A stretch of DNA of 19,323 bases from Halobacteriaceae archaeon (GTDB lineage: Archaea; Halobacteriota; Halobacteria; Halobacteriales; Halobacteriaceae), in NCBI GenBank assembly GCA_042216675.1, contig JBDGTS010000024.1:1-19323 (forward strand). The letters run 5' to 3'. Below, in pieces: positions 1 to 8,946 of this stretch; positions within the stretch are counted from its first letter, which is position 1, and every line of letters begins with the position of its first letter. Made by a program: the position numbers and the translations under genes. The notes beneath the pieces were generated by a model. It saw only the letters and a list, made by a program, of their open reading frames with translations. It searched no databases and was not told the origin of the DNA.

Positions 1-773
1 TCGTGGAGCGCGAACCACGCGACCGAGGAGCGCTCGCCGATGCGGCAGTAGGCGATAGTCGTCTCGTCGCCGTCGATGCCGTGTTCGGCGTACAGCTCAG
101 CCAGCTCGTCGGCGGTCTTGAAGCGACCGTCGTCCTGGGTCACGGCCGCCCACGAGATGTTCTCCGCACCGGGGACGTGGCCGCCGCGCTGGGCCGTCTC
201 CTGCAGTCCCGGGGGCGCGAGGACCTCGCCGCTGAACTCCTCGGGCGAGCGGACGTCGACGAGGGGCAGGTCGCGCTCGATGGCGTTCTCGACGTCGTCG
301 CGGTAGGCGCGGACGCCCTCGCGCGGGCCGCTGGCGTTGTACTCCTGCACGGAGAAGGACGGCTCCTCGTCCGTGGTCGGGTAGTCGTTCTCGATCCAGT
401 ACTCGCGGCCGCCGTCGAGGAGCTTCACGTCCTCGTGGCCGTAGTACTTGAACTGCCAGTAGGCGTAGGCGGCGAACCAGTTGGAGTTGTCGCCGTACAG
501 GACGACGGTGGAGTCCTCGGTGATGCCGTGGGACCCGAGCAGGTCCTCGAAGTCGGACTTGTCGAGGACGTCGCGTGTCGTCTGGTCCTGCAGTTGGGAC
601 TCCCAGTTGAAGCCGATGGCGCCGGGGGCGTGTTCCTCCTCGTAGGCCTCGGTGTCGACGTCGACCTCCACGAGTCGGAGGTCCGGGTCGTCGGACTGGA
701 ACGAATCGAGGTTGTCCTCGACCCAGTCGGCACTCACGAGAACGTCTTTAGCGTAATCAGTGTCTTCGACCAT
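1..773 (-). CDS. Thiosulfate sulfurtransferase (tandem rhodanese, TssA/CysA-like); 3' end runs off the window
   Basis: Not in the ORF track; translated by hand from ATG at 773: MVEDTDYAKDVLVSADWV...HAPGAIGFNW...VVLYGDNSNWFAAY...LLDGG...GHVPGA...YCRIGERSS (catalytic Cys loop). TATA-like ATTATA on the - strand at 801-806. Confidence 0.93.
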   Translation of the reverse strand, partial: MVEDTDYAKDVLVSADWVEDNLDSFQSDDPDLRLVEVDVDTEAYEEEHAPGAIGFNWESQLQDQTTRDVLDKSDFEDLLGSHGITEDSTVVLYGDNSNWFAAYAYWQFKYYGHEDVKLLDGGREYWIENDYPTTDEEPSFSVQEYNASGPREGVRAYRDDVENAIERDLPLVDVRSPEEFSGEVLAPPGLQETAQRGGHVPGAENISWAAVTQDDGRFKTADELAELYAEHGIDGDETTIAYCRIGERSSVAWFALH

Positions 774-994
774 TGCGCTCGTTCGTTACACGGCCGAACC
801 TATAATCCCCCACTACCTCGGCAGATTCCCCCGTGCCTCCCCTGTAGAGGCAACATCTGCCGGAAACATCCCCGCAGGGCCGTCTCCGACCTGTACGGAA
901 AGCGATGGGTCGGCCCGGAGCCGGCAACAAGTGTCGGGGACTACGAGCGGGCGACGAGCGAAATCGTAATCGGCGTGGGCCATGTTGCCCCGCT

Positions 995-1792
995 ATGGAC
1001 GAAGACGCTGTCGTCACGGCAGACTGGCTAGCCACGACCCTCGACGACGTGCGAGTGGTGGACGTGCGCGACGCGTGGGAGTACGACGGCATCGGGCACG
1101 TCCCCGGGGCGGTGAACATTCCCTTCGACGCGTTCCGGGCGGAGGAGGGCGCCGAGGGAATGCTCCCGAGCGCCGACGACTGGGCCGAACTGCTCGGCGA
1201 GGCGGGCATCACCGCCGACGACACCGTGGTAGCGTACGACGACACCCACGGCGTGTTCGCGGCGCGGTTTCTCGTGACGGCGCTGCTGTACGGCCACGAG
1301 GACCTGCACCTGCTGAACGGCGACTTCAGCGCGTGGCAACGCGAACACGAGGTGTCTCAACAGGCGCCCGACGTGGAGCAGACGACGTACGAGGTGCGCA
1401 AACCCGAGGCCACCCCCCTCGTCGGCGCCGACGAGGTGGCCGCGGCGCGCGAGGACGATGACGCGGTCCTCGTCGACACCCGCGACCCCGAGGAGTACGA
1501 GGCGGGGCACATCCCCGGCGCCGTCAACCTCGACTGGCGCGAACTCGTCGACGAGGAGACCCGCGGCCTGAAGGACCGCGCGGAGGTGGGGGCCATCCTC
1601 GACGACAGGGGCATCGTCCCCGAGAAGCGGATCGTCCTCTACTGCAACACGGCGCGGCGCATCAGCCACACCTACGTCGTCCTGCGGTGGATGGGCTACG
1701 AGGACGTAGCGTTCTACGAGGGGAGTCTCACCGCGTGGCTCCGGGAGGGGCGCGAGGTAACCGGCGACGTGACCGTCGAGGACGTGCGCTAG
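995..1792 (+). CDS. Sulfurtransferase (tandem rhodanese), 265 aa
   Basis: Motifs VVDVR, GHVPGAVNI, VVAYDD, LLNG, LVDTR..EEYEAGHIPGA, YCNTARR (catalytic Cys) and FYEGS..W. Start trimmed to ATG 995 (MDEDAVVTADWL), which parallels the rhodanese N-terminus. Confidence 0.92.
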   Translation: MDEDAVVTADWLATTLDDVRVVDVRDAWEYDGIGHVPGAVNIPFDAFRAEEGAEGMLPSADDWAELLGEAGITADDTVVAYDDTHGVFAARFLVTALLYGHEDLHLLNGDFSAWQREHEVSQQAPDVEQTTYEVRKPEATPLVGADEVAAAREDDDAVLVDTRDPEEYEAGHIPGAVNLDWRELVDEETRGLKDRAEVGAILDDRGIVPEKRIVLYCNTARRISHTYVVLRWMGYEDVAFYEGSLTAWLREGREVTGDVTVEDVR

Positions 1793-2769
1793 TCGGTGCC
1801 GTCGGCCAGCAGTTCCCCCGCCTCGACGACGAGAGCGACGACGAGCGGACCGGCGATGATGCCGATGGCCCCGACGGTGAGGAGGCCGCCGACGAAGCCG
1901 ACGTAGTAGAGACTGCCCGGCAGACGCGTCGCTTCGCCCGCGAACCGGGGGCGGATGACGAGGTCCGGAAGCGCCCCGATGACGACGAGGCCGACGACGG
2001 CGACGACGGCGGCCGAGGCGGCGGCGCCGGCGCTGAGTTCGTACAGGGCGAGTGCGCCGACGAGGAGACTCGGGCCGATGATGGGGAGAAACTGGAGGAG
2101 GCCGGCGATGATCGAGAGCGGGATGGCGTACTCGTAGCCGAGCAAGTAGAACACGGGGAAGGCGAAGGCGACGGTGCCGATGCCCGTCACCACCTGCAGG
2201 ACGTAGATGGCGAAGAGCGTCTTCCGGGTGCGCTCGTGGAGACTCGTCACGACGTCGTGGTAGTGGCCGGGCACGGTGGCGAAGATGGCTCGTGCCACCT
2301 CCTGCCGGCGAACGAGGAGGCCGAAGACGACGAGAACGAAGAGGCCGAACTTCAGCGTCAGCGAGGGGGCAGACTGCGCCACTTCGACTGCGGCCCGCCG
2401 TATCGTGGCGATGGCCTCCGACTGGAGTGACGCGAACGTGAGCGTGTAGGCGACGCCCCCGACCTCGATACTGAGTTCCGTCGGTAGGCCACGCACCAAC
2501 GCCACGAGGTTCTCCCGGCGCTGGTAGGTGAGCAGACCGATGACGAGAAGCGGAATCACCGCGACGACGAGCGCCCCCGTCGTCGTGACGGCGCTGGCTA
2601 TCTTCGGTGGGACCCCGCGACGGGACAGCCTGTCGTGGACCGGCGTCAGCAGGTAGGCGACGGTGACCGCGAGGAACACCGTCCAGATGACGTTGAACAG
2701 GACTGCGGCCGCGAGAGTGACGAACGCGGCGAGGAGCGCGGCGAGCACGTACTGTCGCGAGACTGGCAC
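1789..2769 (-). CDS. AI-2E (PerM/UPF0118) family transporter
   Basis: Multi-TM protein with AYLLTP near the N-terminus, GLLQFLPIIGP, LVIRP and GAIGIIAGPLVVAL, all typical of AI-2E. GTG start. Confidence 0.88.
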   Translation of the reverse strand: MPVSRQYVLAALLAAFVTLAAAVLFNVIWTVFLAVTVAYLLTPVHDRLSRRGVPPKIASAVTTTGALVVAVIPLLVIGLLTYQRRENLVALVRGLPTELSIEVGGVAYTLTFASLQSEAIATIRRAAVEVAQSAPSLTLKFGLFVLVVFGLLVRRQEVARAIFATVPGHYHDVVTSLHERTRKTLFAIYVLQVVTGIGTVAFAFPVFYLLGYEYAIPLSIIAGLLQFLPIIGPSLLVGALALYELSAGAAASAAVVAVVGLVVIGALPDLVIRPRFAGEATRLPGSLYYVGFVGGLLTVGAIGIIAGPLVVALVVEAGELLADGTD

Positions 2770-2800
2770 GACACCCCCTTCGTCGTCATCTGCGAAAACT

Positions 2801-3481
2801 CTACGGGACGACGCCGACGGTGAGCAGGGTGCCCAGTTCCCGGTAGCGCTCGACCATCGCCTCGCGCGTCTCGAAGTCCTCGGTGGGGAACGCCGACTCC
2901 GGGGGGATGGTCGTCTCGCGGTCCGGGATGTTGTCCTGCGCGGCGACGTGGAAGCCGGCGTCGCGGAGCGCTGTCCGGTAGTCGTCCGCGCTCCACAGCA
3001 CCATCGGCACCTCCACGAGTTCGTCCCACTTGTGGGAGTAGACGTTCTCCTCGTAGTAGTTCACCGCGCAGTAGAAGGTGCCACCGGGCTTCAGGACGCG
3101 GCGGAGTTCCGAGAGGGTGGCGTCGGGGTCGCGGGCGTAGAAGAACGCCTCCATCGACCAGCAGTGGTCGAGGCTGTCGTCGGGGAACGGGAGATGGTCG
3201 AAGTCGCCGACGAGGAAGCCCACGTTCGGGTCGTCGGTGTACGACCGGGCGTTGCGCGCCATCTTCGGCGCGGCGTCGAGGCCGTAGACGCGCCCGGCGT
3301 CGGCGGTGTCCCGGAGCGCACGGCCGGCGTAGCCGCTCCCACAGCCCAGATCGAGGACTCGGTCGCCCGCCTCGACGGGCATCCGCGCGAGGGCGTGCTT
3401 GGCGGTGTGCCAGTGGCGCTCCTCCATCCCCTCGTCTTTGCCCTCGCGGGCCCAGCGGTCGAACTCCTCGCTGACGCTCAT
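2801..3481 (-). CDS. Class I SAM-dependent methyltransferase
   Basis: Motif I VLDLGCGSG, YGLD, GDFDHLPFPDDSLD and RVLKPGG. Confidence 0.92.
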   Translation of the reverse strand: MSVSEEFDRWAREGKDEGMEERHWHTAKHALARMPVEAGDRVLDLGCGSGYAGRALRDTADAGRVYGLDAAPKMARNARSYTDDPNVGFLVGDFDHLPFPDDSLDHCWSMEAFFYARDPDATLSELRRVLKPGGTFYCAVNYYEENVYSHKWDELVEVPMVLWSADDYRTALRDAGFHVAAQDNIPDRETTIPPESAFPTEDFETREAMVERYRELGTLLTVGVVP

Positions 3482-3517
3482 GGCGGCTACTCGGGGGCGG
3501 CCGGCAAAGGAATGTCG

Positions 3518-4429
3518 CTACTCGTTGACGAGGCGCGACACGTCGTCGTCCGGTTTCCACTCCCCGAGTTCCTTCGGGTCGACGTGGACGAACACGTCGT
3601 CGACGGCTGGCAGGTCCCGGATGGCGGCCACCACGTCCGACTCGATGTCGTGGGCCTCCCGGAGCGTCAGGTCGCCCTCGACTTCGACGTGGAGGCTCAC
3701 GTCGATTTCCGGGCCGACGTAGTGGGCGATGACGTCGTGGGCGCCCTCGACTTGGGGATGTGCGAGCGCCCGGCGGAGAATCTCCGCGCGGAGGTCCGCG
3801 GGCGGCGCGCGGCCGACGAGGTAGTTCACGTTGTCGCGCACGATTTCGTAGCCGGTGTAGAAGATGCTCACCGAGACGACGGCCGCGGCCGCGGGGTCGA
3901 GGAGCGGATACCCCGCCCCGGCGCCCAGAAAGCCGACGAGGGCCGCCGCGGCGGTGAGGATGTCGTTGCGGTTGTCCAGCGCCATCGCCGTCAGCGCGGG
4001 GGAGTTGCGCTCCTCGCCGGCCCGCCGACAGAAGCGATAGAGGCCGTACTTCGCGCCGGCGGAGGCGACGAGGACGCCGACGGCGAGGGGGCTCCGGGTG
4101 ACGGCCGCGCCGCCCGTGAGCGCCGCGTCGACGGCGCCCCAGAGCACCCAGCCACCGGCCGCGACGACGCCGACGGCGACGACGAGCGAGACGAACGGTT
4201 CGATGCGCTCGTGGCCGTGGGGATGCTCGAAGTCCGGCGGGCGCGTCGTCAGGTAGAGGCCCGCGAGGACGACGAGGCTGTAGACGCTGTCGCCGAGGCT
4301 GTTGACGGTCTCGGACCCGACGGCGAGGCTCCCGGTGAGCGTCCACGCGCCCGCCTTCCCCACCACGAGGACGAGATTGACGAGGAAGACGACGGCGCCG
4401 ACCCGCCGGACGGCCGCGGAGCGGTCCAT
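3518..4429 (-). CDS. Cation diffusion facilitator (FieF-like) transporter
   Basis: TGSLAV..E.VNSL.D, PPDFEHPHGHERIE, DNRND and a C-terminal dimerisation domain (LHVEV...EAHDI...VFVHVDP). Confidence 0.93.
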   Translation of the reverse strand: MDRSAAVRRVGAVVFLVNLVLVVGKAGAWTLTGSLAVGSETVNSLGDSVYSLVVLAGLYLTTRPPDFEHPHGHERIEPFVSLVVAVGVVAAGGWVLWGAVDAALTGGAAVTRSPLAVGVLVASAGAKYGLYRFCRRAGEERNSPALTAMALDNRNDILTAAAALVGFLGAGAGYPLLDPAAAAVVSVSIFYTGYEIVRDNVNYLVGRAPPADLRAEILRRALAHPQVEGAHDVIAHYVGPEIDVSLHVEVEGDLTLREAHDIESDVVAAIRDLPAVDDVFVHVDPKELGEWKPDDDVSRLVNE

Positions 4430-4498
4430 CTGTGCCCGGCTACGGGACTGGGCGGCTTAAGCGGTGGGCTTATCCCCGTGACGGGCGCGTGTCGTGGC

Positions 4499-4927
4499 AT
4501 GGTCGAGGAGGGTGGCACGCGCCGGTACGCGCTGGCGGACACCGCCCAGCAGATCGTCGGCGGCTTTCTGCTCGCGGGCCCGTTCGTCGTCACCGAGGAG
4601 GTATGGACGCTCGCGGACAACATGACGTGGCTCCACGCGCTGGCGACGGTGACCATCGTCGCCGGCATCGGCTACGGGGCGCTCTACGGCGCCGACGACG
4701 ACAGGGACCCCGACGAGGAGGCACAGGTCGGCGTCGTGCCCCTCCGTTTCATCTCGCTGTTGGCCGTCGCCTACGGGTCGGTCCTCGTCCTCGCACTCGC
4801 GCTGACGGCCCCGCGGACCTTCGTGGACGGCGAGCCGATTCGCACCGCCGCCGTCACGTCGAAGGCGGTGAGCGTCGGCGCCATCTTCAGCGTCGTCGGC
4901 GCGGCCACGGCGGACTCCGTGTTCTGA
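4499..4927 (+). CDS. DUF2391-type integral membrane protein, 142 aa
   Basis: Real coding part of ORF 2663..4927 starting at ATG 4499. D.AQQIVGGFLLAGPFVVTEEVW.LA and C-terminal VGAIFSVVGAATADS match this haloarchaeal family from memory. TTAT box at ~4470. Confidence 0.8.
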   Translation: MVEEGGTRRYALADTAQQIVGGFLLAGPFVVTEEVWTLADNMTWLHALATVTIVAGIGYGALYGADDDRDPDEEAQVGVVPLRFISLLAVAYGSVLVLALALTAPRTFVDGEPIRTAAVTSKAVSVGAIFSVVGAATADSVF

Positions 4928-4966
4928 GCCGAGAGCTATAAGTCACTGCCTCCGGAGAGACGGGAC

Positions 4967-5545
4967 ATGGATTACGACCTCGCCATCGAGGGCGCGCCGG
5001 CCTCGGTGCCCGGCGGCACGGCCATCCTTCTCCTGCACGCCAGCACGGGCGAGACGGACCGCATCGACACCGACTTCCTGAAACTCGACACCGACCGCTT
5101 CCTCGTCGTCTCCACCCGAACGACCGCCCGCGAGGTGAAACAGAAACTCGACTACTACGACGTGGACGCGGACCGCGCCGAGATTCTGGACACGCTGAGC
5201 GTCGAACGCGGCCTCTCGCGGCGCCGCGCCGACGACATCCACTACGCCTCCGCGCCGGAGGACGTCGAGGGCATCCTCTCGAAGACGGAGGCGTTCCTCG
5301 ACGACCACGACGGGAAGCGACGGGTCAGTTTCGACTCCATCACCGAACTCGCCTACTACGCCGACGAGGACAGAGCGCTCGACGCGCTCGAACGGATGGC
5401 GGCCCTGCTGGACGCGTACGACGCCGTCGGCCTGTTTCACGTGGACCGGGAAGTCCACGACGAGGACACCATCGCGGCGTTCCGGAGTCGCTGTGACGCC
5501 GTCGTCGAACTCGGCGCCGACGGCGACGTGACCTGCTCGTTCTAG
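4967..5545 (+). CDS. Conserved haloarchaeal protein with a degenerate KaiC/RecA-like fold
   Basis: GGTAILLL followed by a degenerate P-loop (HASTGETD), Walker B-like RVSFDSITEL and C-terminal CDAVVEL. TATAAG at 4937-4942. Confidence 0.75.
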   Translation: MDYDLAIEGAPASVPGGTAILLLHASTGETDRIDTDFLKLDTDRFLVVSTRTTAREVKQKLDYYDVDADRAEILDTLSVERGLSRRRADDIHYASAPEDVEGILSKTEAFLDDHDGKRRVSFDSITELAYYADEDRALDALERMAALLDAYDAVGLFHVDREVHDEDTIAAFRSRCDAVVELGADGDVTCSF

Positions 5546-6312
5546 TCGCGAACCTTCTCGGCCCAGCGCACGGCGTAGTCAGCGCCGTGGTCTCGGAACG
5601 CGTCCACGTCGAGGGCGTCGAACGGCGCCGGCACGTCGAGGCCGTGTTTCACGCCCGCGCAGGCCAGTTCCGCGGCGTCGCCGAAGTCCGTGTCGCCGCG
5701 CGCGACGGCGCGCATGAGGCCGTCGAGGCGGGGTTGGAGGCGGGACCCGGCGTCTGACCACGCCGCGAACAGTCTGTCGTGGTCGCCGCCCCACTCGGAG
5801 AAGACGGGCCGGGTGTGGAGGCCGCGGTAGGCGTCGCAGACGGCGGCCGCCACCTGATACGTCGTCCCCGGCGCGGCGTCGAGGGCGTCGGCGAAGTCCC
5901 GGTACTGCGCGCCGAAGAGGCCGAGAAACTGTTCGGGCACGTCCGCGCCGACTTCGACGAGGGCTTCGGCGACGAGGAAGTCCACGAAGTCCTCGGGCGA
6001 GCCCTCGATGCGCGGTTTCACGATGACCGTCGGAGGCGCCGTCTGCGTCGTCCACGCCACGGCACCGTCGCCGGGCATCCCGATGGTGAGGTCCGACCCC
6101 GCGAAGCGAGCGAGCAGTTCCGGCGCGTCCGGCGGGAGCCACGACTGGTCGTAGGTCACCGGGTCGAGGGCGTCCGCGCGCGTCGCCAGTTCGTCGCGGG
6201 CGGCGGGCGGGAGCGTCTCGAAGTCGCCGTCGCTGTCGAGGATGGCCGCGTCGGGCGCGTGGGCCGCGCGCACGGCGGCCACGTCCGGCGGGAGGTCCCG
6301 GTCGCTGAACAT
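5542..6312 (-). CDS. Conserved hypothetical haloarchaeal protein, 256 aa
   Basis: Acidic protein with GC3-rich codons. Start trimmed to ATG 6312 (MFSDRDLP), which overlaps the upstream small-ORF stop (TGATG). Confidence 0.8.
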   Translation of the reverse strand: MFSDRDLPPDVAAVRAAHAPDAAILDSDGDFETLPPAARDELATRADALDPVTYDQSWLPPDAPELLARFAGSDLTIGMPGDGAVAWTTQTAPPTVIVKPRIEGSPEDFVDFLVAEALVEVGADVPEQFLGLFGAQYRDFADALDAAPGTTYQVAAAVCDAYRGLHTRPVFSEWGGDHDRLFAAWSDAGSRLQPRLDGLMRAVARGDTDFGDAAELACAGVKHGLDVPAPFDALDVDAFRDHGADYAVRWAEKVRD

Positions 6313-6398
6313 CAGGCCGCGAGTTGCACGACGATGCCGCCGGCGAGGACGGCCGACGCGAGTACCGTGAGCAACACGACCTTGGTCGCCTGACTCAT
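6312..6398 (-). CDS. Small single-TM membrane protein, 28 aa (MSQATKVVLLTVLASAVLAGGIVVQLAA)
   Basis: ATG at 6398 lies ~25 nt downstream of TTTAAG (6423-6428, - strand). It has one hydrophobic helix, and its TGA overlaps the next ATG by 1 nt. Confidence 0.7.
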   Translation of the reverse strand: MSQATKVVLLTVLASAVLAGGIVVQLAA

Positions 6399-6433
6399 GG
6401 CCGGCGGTTCGGGCAGGCCACACTTAAATCCGG

Positions 6434-7891
6434 TCAGTCCGCCGTCGCCGCGGCGCCGATGGCGCGCCACTTCCCCGAGCGGAAGCGCACGACGTTGACC
6501 GCCGCGCGGACGTACATGTCGGCCGTGATAGCGGCGAAGACGCCCCAGAGACCGAGGCCGACGCCGGGCGCGAACGCGACCGGACCGACTGTCAGCGCAA
6601 GGCCGGCGGGCAACGAGAGCGCCGCCAGCGGCAGGCGGACGGCGTAGGTCCCGAGGATCGCGCCGTAGAGCGGCCAGCGCGTGTCTCCCGCGCCGCGCAG
6701 GCCGCCGCGCATCGTCCGCGCGACGCTGAACCCGGCGACGCCGAGGCCGAAGACGCGGATGAACGTCACCGTCAGGCCGACGGAGTCGGTTCCGAATGCG
6801 GTGGCGACGGGACGCGCCGCGACGACGATGGCGCCCGCGATGACGAGTTGGGTCACGAGGGCGATGCGGAGCGTCTGCCACCCGTAGTCGGCCGCTTCGT
6901 CCGGGTCGCCGGCCCCGAGTCGCTGGCCGACGAGCGTGCTGGCGGCGGTGGCGTAGCCCCACGCCGGCATCAACGCGAGGAGCATCACGCGGCGGCCGAT
7001 GGCGTAGGCGGCCACTACGTCGGTGCCGAGGACGCCGAGGACGAACAGGAACGGGAATCGGCCGAGCGTCCGCGAGAGGCGCGTGCCGGCCAGCGGAAGG
7101 CCGACGCGCACGAGTTCGGCGGCGATACCGGTGTCGAACTGCCGGCCGCGGAGGCGCAGGCGCACGTCCCACCGACCCGAGAGCAACACGGCGAGGAAGA
7201 CGACGCCCGCGAGCGTGTTCGCCGCGGCGGTGCCCCACGCCGCGCCCGCGATTCCCATCGGCGGGACCGGCCCGAGGCCGAAGATGAGGACGGCGTTCAA
7301 CGCGATGTTCGTCGGGAGCGTCACGAGGCGGACGTACATCGGCGTCGTCGTGTCCCCGATGCCCGCGAGCGCTCGGGCGGCTATCATCGACCAGAAGCGG
7401 AAGACGACAGAGAGCATCACGATGCGGAGATACGTCGCGCCCGCCGCGACGACGGCCGGGTCGCCCGTGAGTAGCGCTATCATCGGCTCCGCGTACAGCC
7501 ACGTCGCGAGCGTGATGGGCGCCGAGAGCGCGAGTGCCACCCACAGCGACACCTTCACCGCGAGGTCGGCGCGCGCGGGTTCCTCGGCGCCGGTGAACCG
7601 GGAGACGAGGCTGATGGTGCCGCTGGTGAGGGCGAGCGCCAGTCCGAACGGGATGAAGTAGTACTGAAAGCCGAGTTCGAGGGCCGCGACGGCCGCGCCG
7701 CCCCCGGTGGCGACGCTGACCATGAAGAAGTCCGCGGCGCGCAAGACGGTGCGGAGGCCGCCGGTGACCATCGCGGGCATCGCGAGTTCGAACGCGTCGC
7801 TGCCCTTCTCACGGTCGACGACGCCGAGGCTGGCGAGGAACGCGGGGAACCGGTCGAGGAGGGCGACGAGTCGGCGGCGCAGTCCTGCCAT
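6434..7891 (-). CDS. MATE family efflux transporter (MOP superfamily)
   Basis: About 12 TM with two repeats: LAMPAM..., D.FMV, G.GDT.TPM, LIFG.GP.P.MGIAGAAWGT, VGQRLGAG and GAGDTRWP. Confidence 0.93.
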   Translation of the reverse strand: MAGLRRRLVALLDRFPAFLASLGVVDREKGSDAFELAMPAMVTGGLRTVLRAADFFMVSVATGGGAAVAALELGFQYYFIPFGLALALTSGTISLVSRFTGAEEPARADLAVKVSLWVALALSAPITLATWLYAEPMIALLTGDPAVVAAGATYLRIVMLSVVFRFWSMIAARALAGIGDTTTPMYVRLVTLPTNIALNAVLIFGLGPVPPMGIAGAAWGTAAANTLAGVVFLAVLLSGRWDVRLRLRGRQFDTGIAAELVRVGLPLAGTRLSRTLGRFPFLFVLGVLGTDVVAAYAIGRRVMLLALMPAWGYATAASTLVGQRLGAGDPDEAADYGWQTLRIALVTQLVIAGAIVVAARPVATAFGTDSVGLTVTFIRVFGLGVAGFSVARTMRGGLRGAGDTRWPLYGAILGTYAVRLPLAALSLPAGLALTVGPVAFAPGVGLGLWGVFAAITADMYVRAAVNVVRFRSGKWRAIGAAATAD

Positions 7892-7935
7892 CCGGCGACA
7901 GTCGGGGCGCGCCTGTCAAGAGTGTCAGGGTTCCG

Positions 7936-8556
7936 CTACCCGTCGTGCCACGCGTCGGGCACTTCGATGACGTACCGGCCGTTCTCCTGCAGGGCGATGA
8001 TGTACTCCTCGCGGTCGTACAGTTCCATCAGGTTGAGTTCGTACTGGCCCTTGTCGACGATGCGGATGCTCTCGAACTGGGAGTTGAGTTCCTCGCGGAG
8101 TTCGTCGATGTCGGGACGGTCCTCGTCCTCGGGTTCGATGACGTTCGCCTCGTCGGGGTCGGGCAGCGAGTCCTTGTCCACGACTTCCGAGCGGGCGTCG
8201 GCCTGTGCGCTGTCCTCGGGTGGGTCGGATGGGGAATCGTCGGTCGAGTCGACGGCGTCGCCTCGGCCGTCGGACGTCCCGGCCGGTTCGGACCGCTCCG
8301 TGGACTCCGCCGGCGCCGCGCCGGGCGACTCGGCCGGGGGCGCGTCGGCGTCGCTCCCGACGAAGTCACGGACCGTCTCGGCGGCTTTCCCGACGACGCC
8401 GCCCTCCTGCTCTGGCGGCGCAGCGTCCGTCGGTTCGTCGGGCACGCCCTCCGGGTGAAACTGAAACTTCGTGCCGCCACACTCCGGACAGCCCGATAGC
8501 ATCTCCTTGGAGCCGTCGGGGAACGTGTGGCCGCAGTTCGTACACTGGTGGGGCAC
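7936..8556 (-). CDS. oapC: Origin-associated protein OapC/ArvC, Zn-ribbon protein
   Basis: MPHQCTNCG...GCPECGGTKFQF Zn ribbon, acidic linker with EDSAQA.ARSE and C-terminal FESIRI...GQYELNL. Third gene of the operon next to oriC. Confidence 0.9.
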   Translation of the reverse strand: MPHQCTNCGHTFPDGSKEMLSGCPECGGTKFQFHPEGVPDEPTDAAPPEQEGGVVGKAAETVRDFVGSDADAPPAESPGAAPAESTERSEPAGTSDGRGDAVDSTDDSPSDPPEDSAQADARSEVVDKDSLPDPDEANVIEPEDEDRPDIDELREELNSQFESIRIVDKGQYELNLMELYDREEYIIALQENGRYVIEVPDAWHDG

Positions 8557-8559
8557 GGG

Positions 8560-8943
8560 CTATCGACGCACGAGTGTGCTGATGAGGTTCTCGTCCTTGT
8601 GCAGCGTCTCGATGCGGTCGGCCGGGCCGATGACCGTCAGCTTCGTGTCCTGCTGTTTGCCCATCAGCCGGCCGATGAGTCCCTGCTCGGAACTGTTCGA
8701 GGAGGGGTAGCTCTCGATTTCGATGCCGTTGAACCCGTCGGGGTTGATTTCGGACATCGTCACCTCGATGAGTTTCGACTCCTCGTCGGGAGTGAGCCCC
8801 TGTTCGAGCACCACGATGTTGCCCTCGTGGACGCTGTCGAGGATGGTCCGGATCTTCTCCATGCTGGTGAGTCCGTCCATCCGCTCGCCGCTGATCAGGT
8901 CGATCTGGACCCCGCGGTCGTCCGGTTCAGTTGTTTCTGGCAT
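8560..8943 (-). CDS. oapB: Origin-associated protein OapB/ArvB (DUF2073)
   Basis: SMEKIR.ILD.V..GNIVVLE.GL.PDEESKLIEVTM and LTVIGPA. It lies 3 nt from both oapA and oapC. Confidence 0.9.
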   Translation of the reverse strand: MPETTEPDDRGVQIDLISGERMDGLTSMEKIRTILDSVHEGNIVVLEQGLTPDEESKLIEVTMSEINPDGFNGIEIESYPSSNSSEQGLIGRLMGKQQDTKLTVIGPADRIETLHKDENLISTLVRR

Positions 8944-8946
8944 CGT

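Noticed and set aside
3-1031. 342-aa + strand ORF
   Set aside because: Antisense shadow of the - strand rhodanese, as expected in high-GC DNA; no family motifs.
2646-4498. Long ORFs 2646..4346 (-) and the N-terminal ~612 codons of 2663..4927 (+)
   Set aside because: Off-frame or antisense shadows of the methyltransferase and CDF genes; only 4499-4927 looks genuinely coding.
8150-8450. Low-complexity acidic stretch in oapC as a repeat element
   Set aside because: No tandem nucleotide repeat; it is a disordered linker between conserved OapC blocks.
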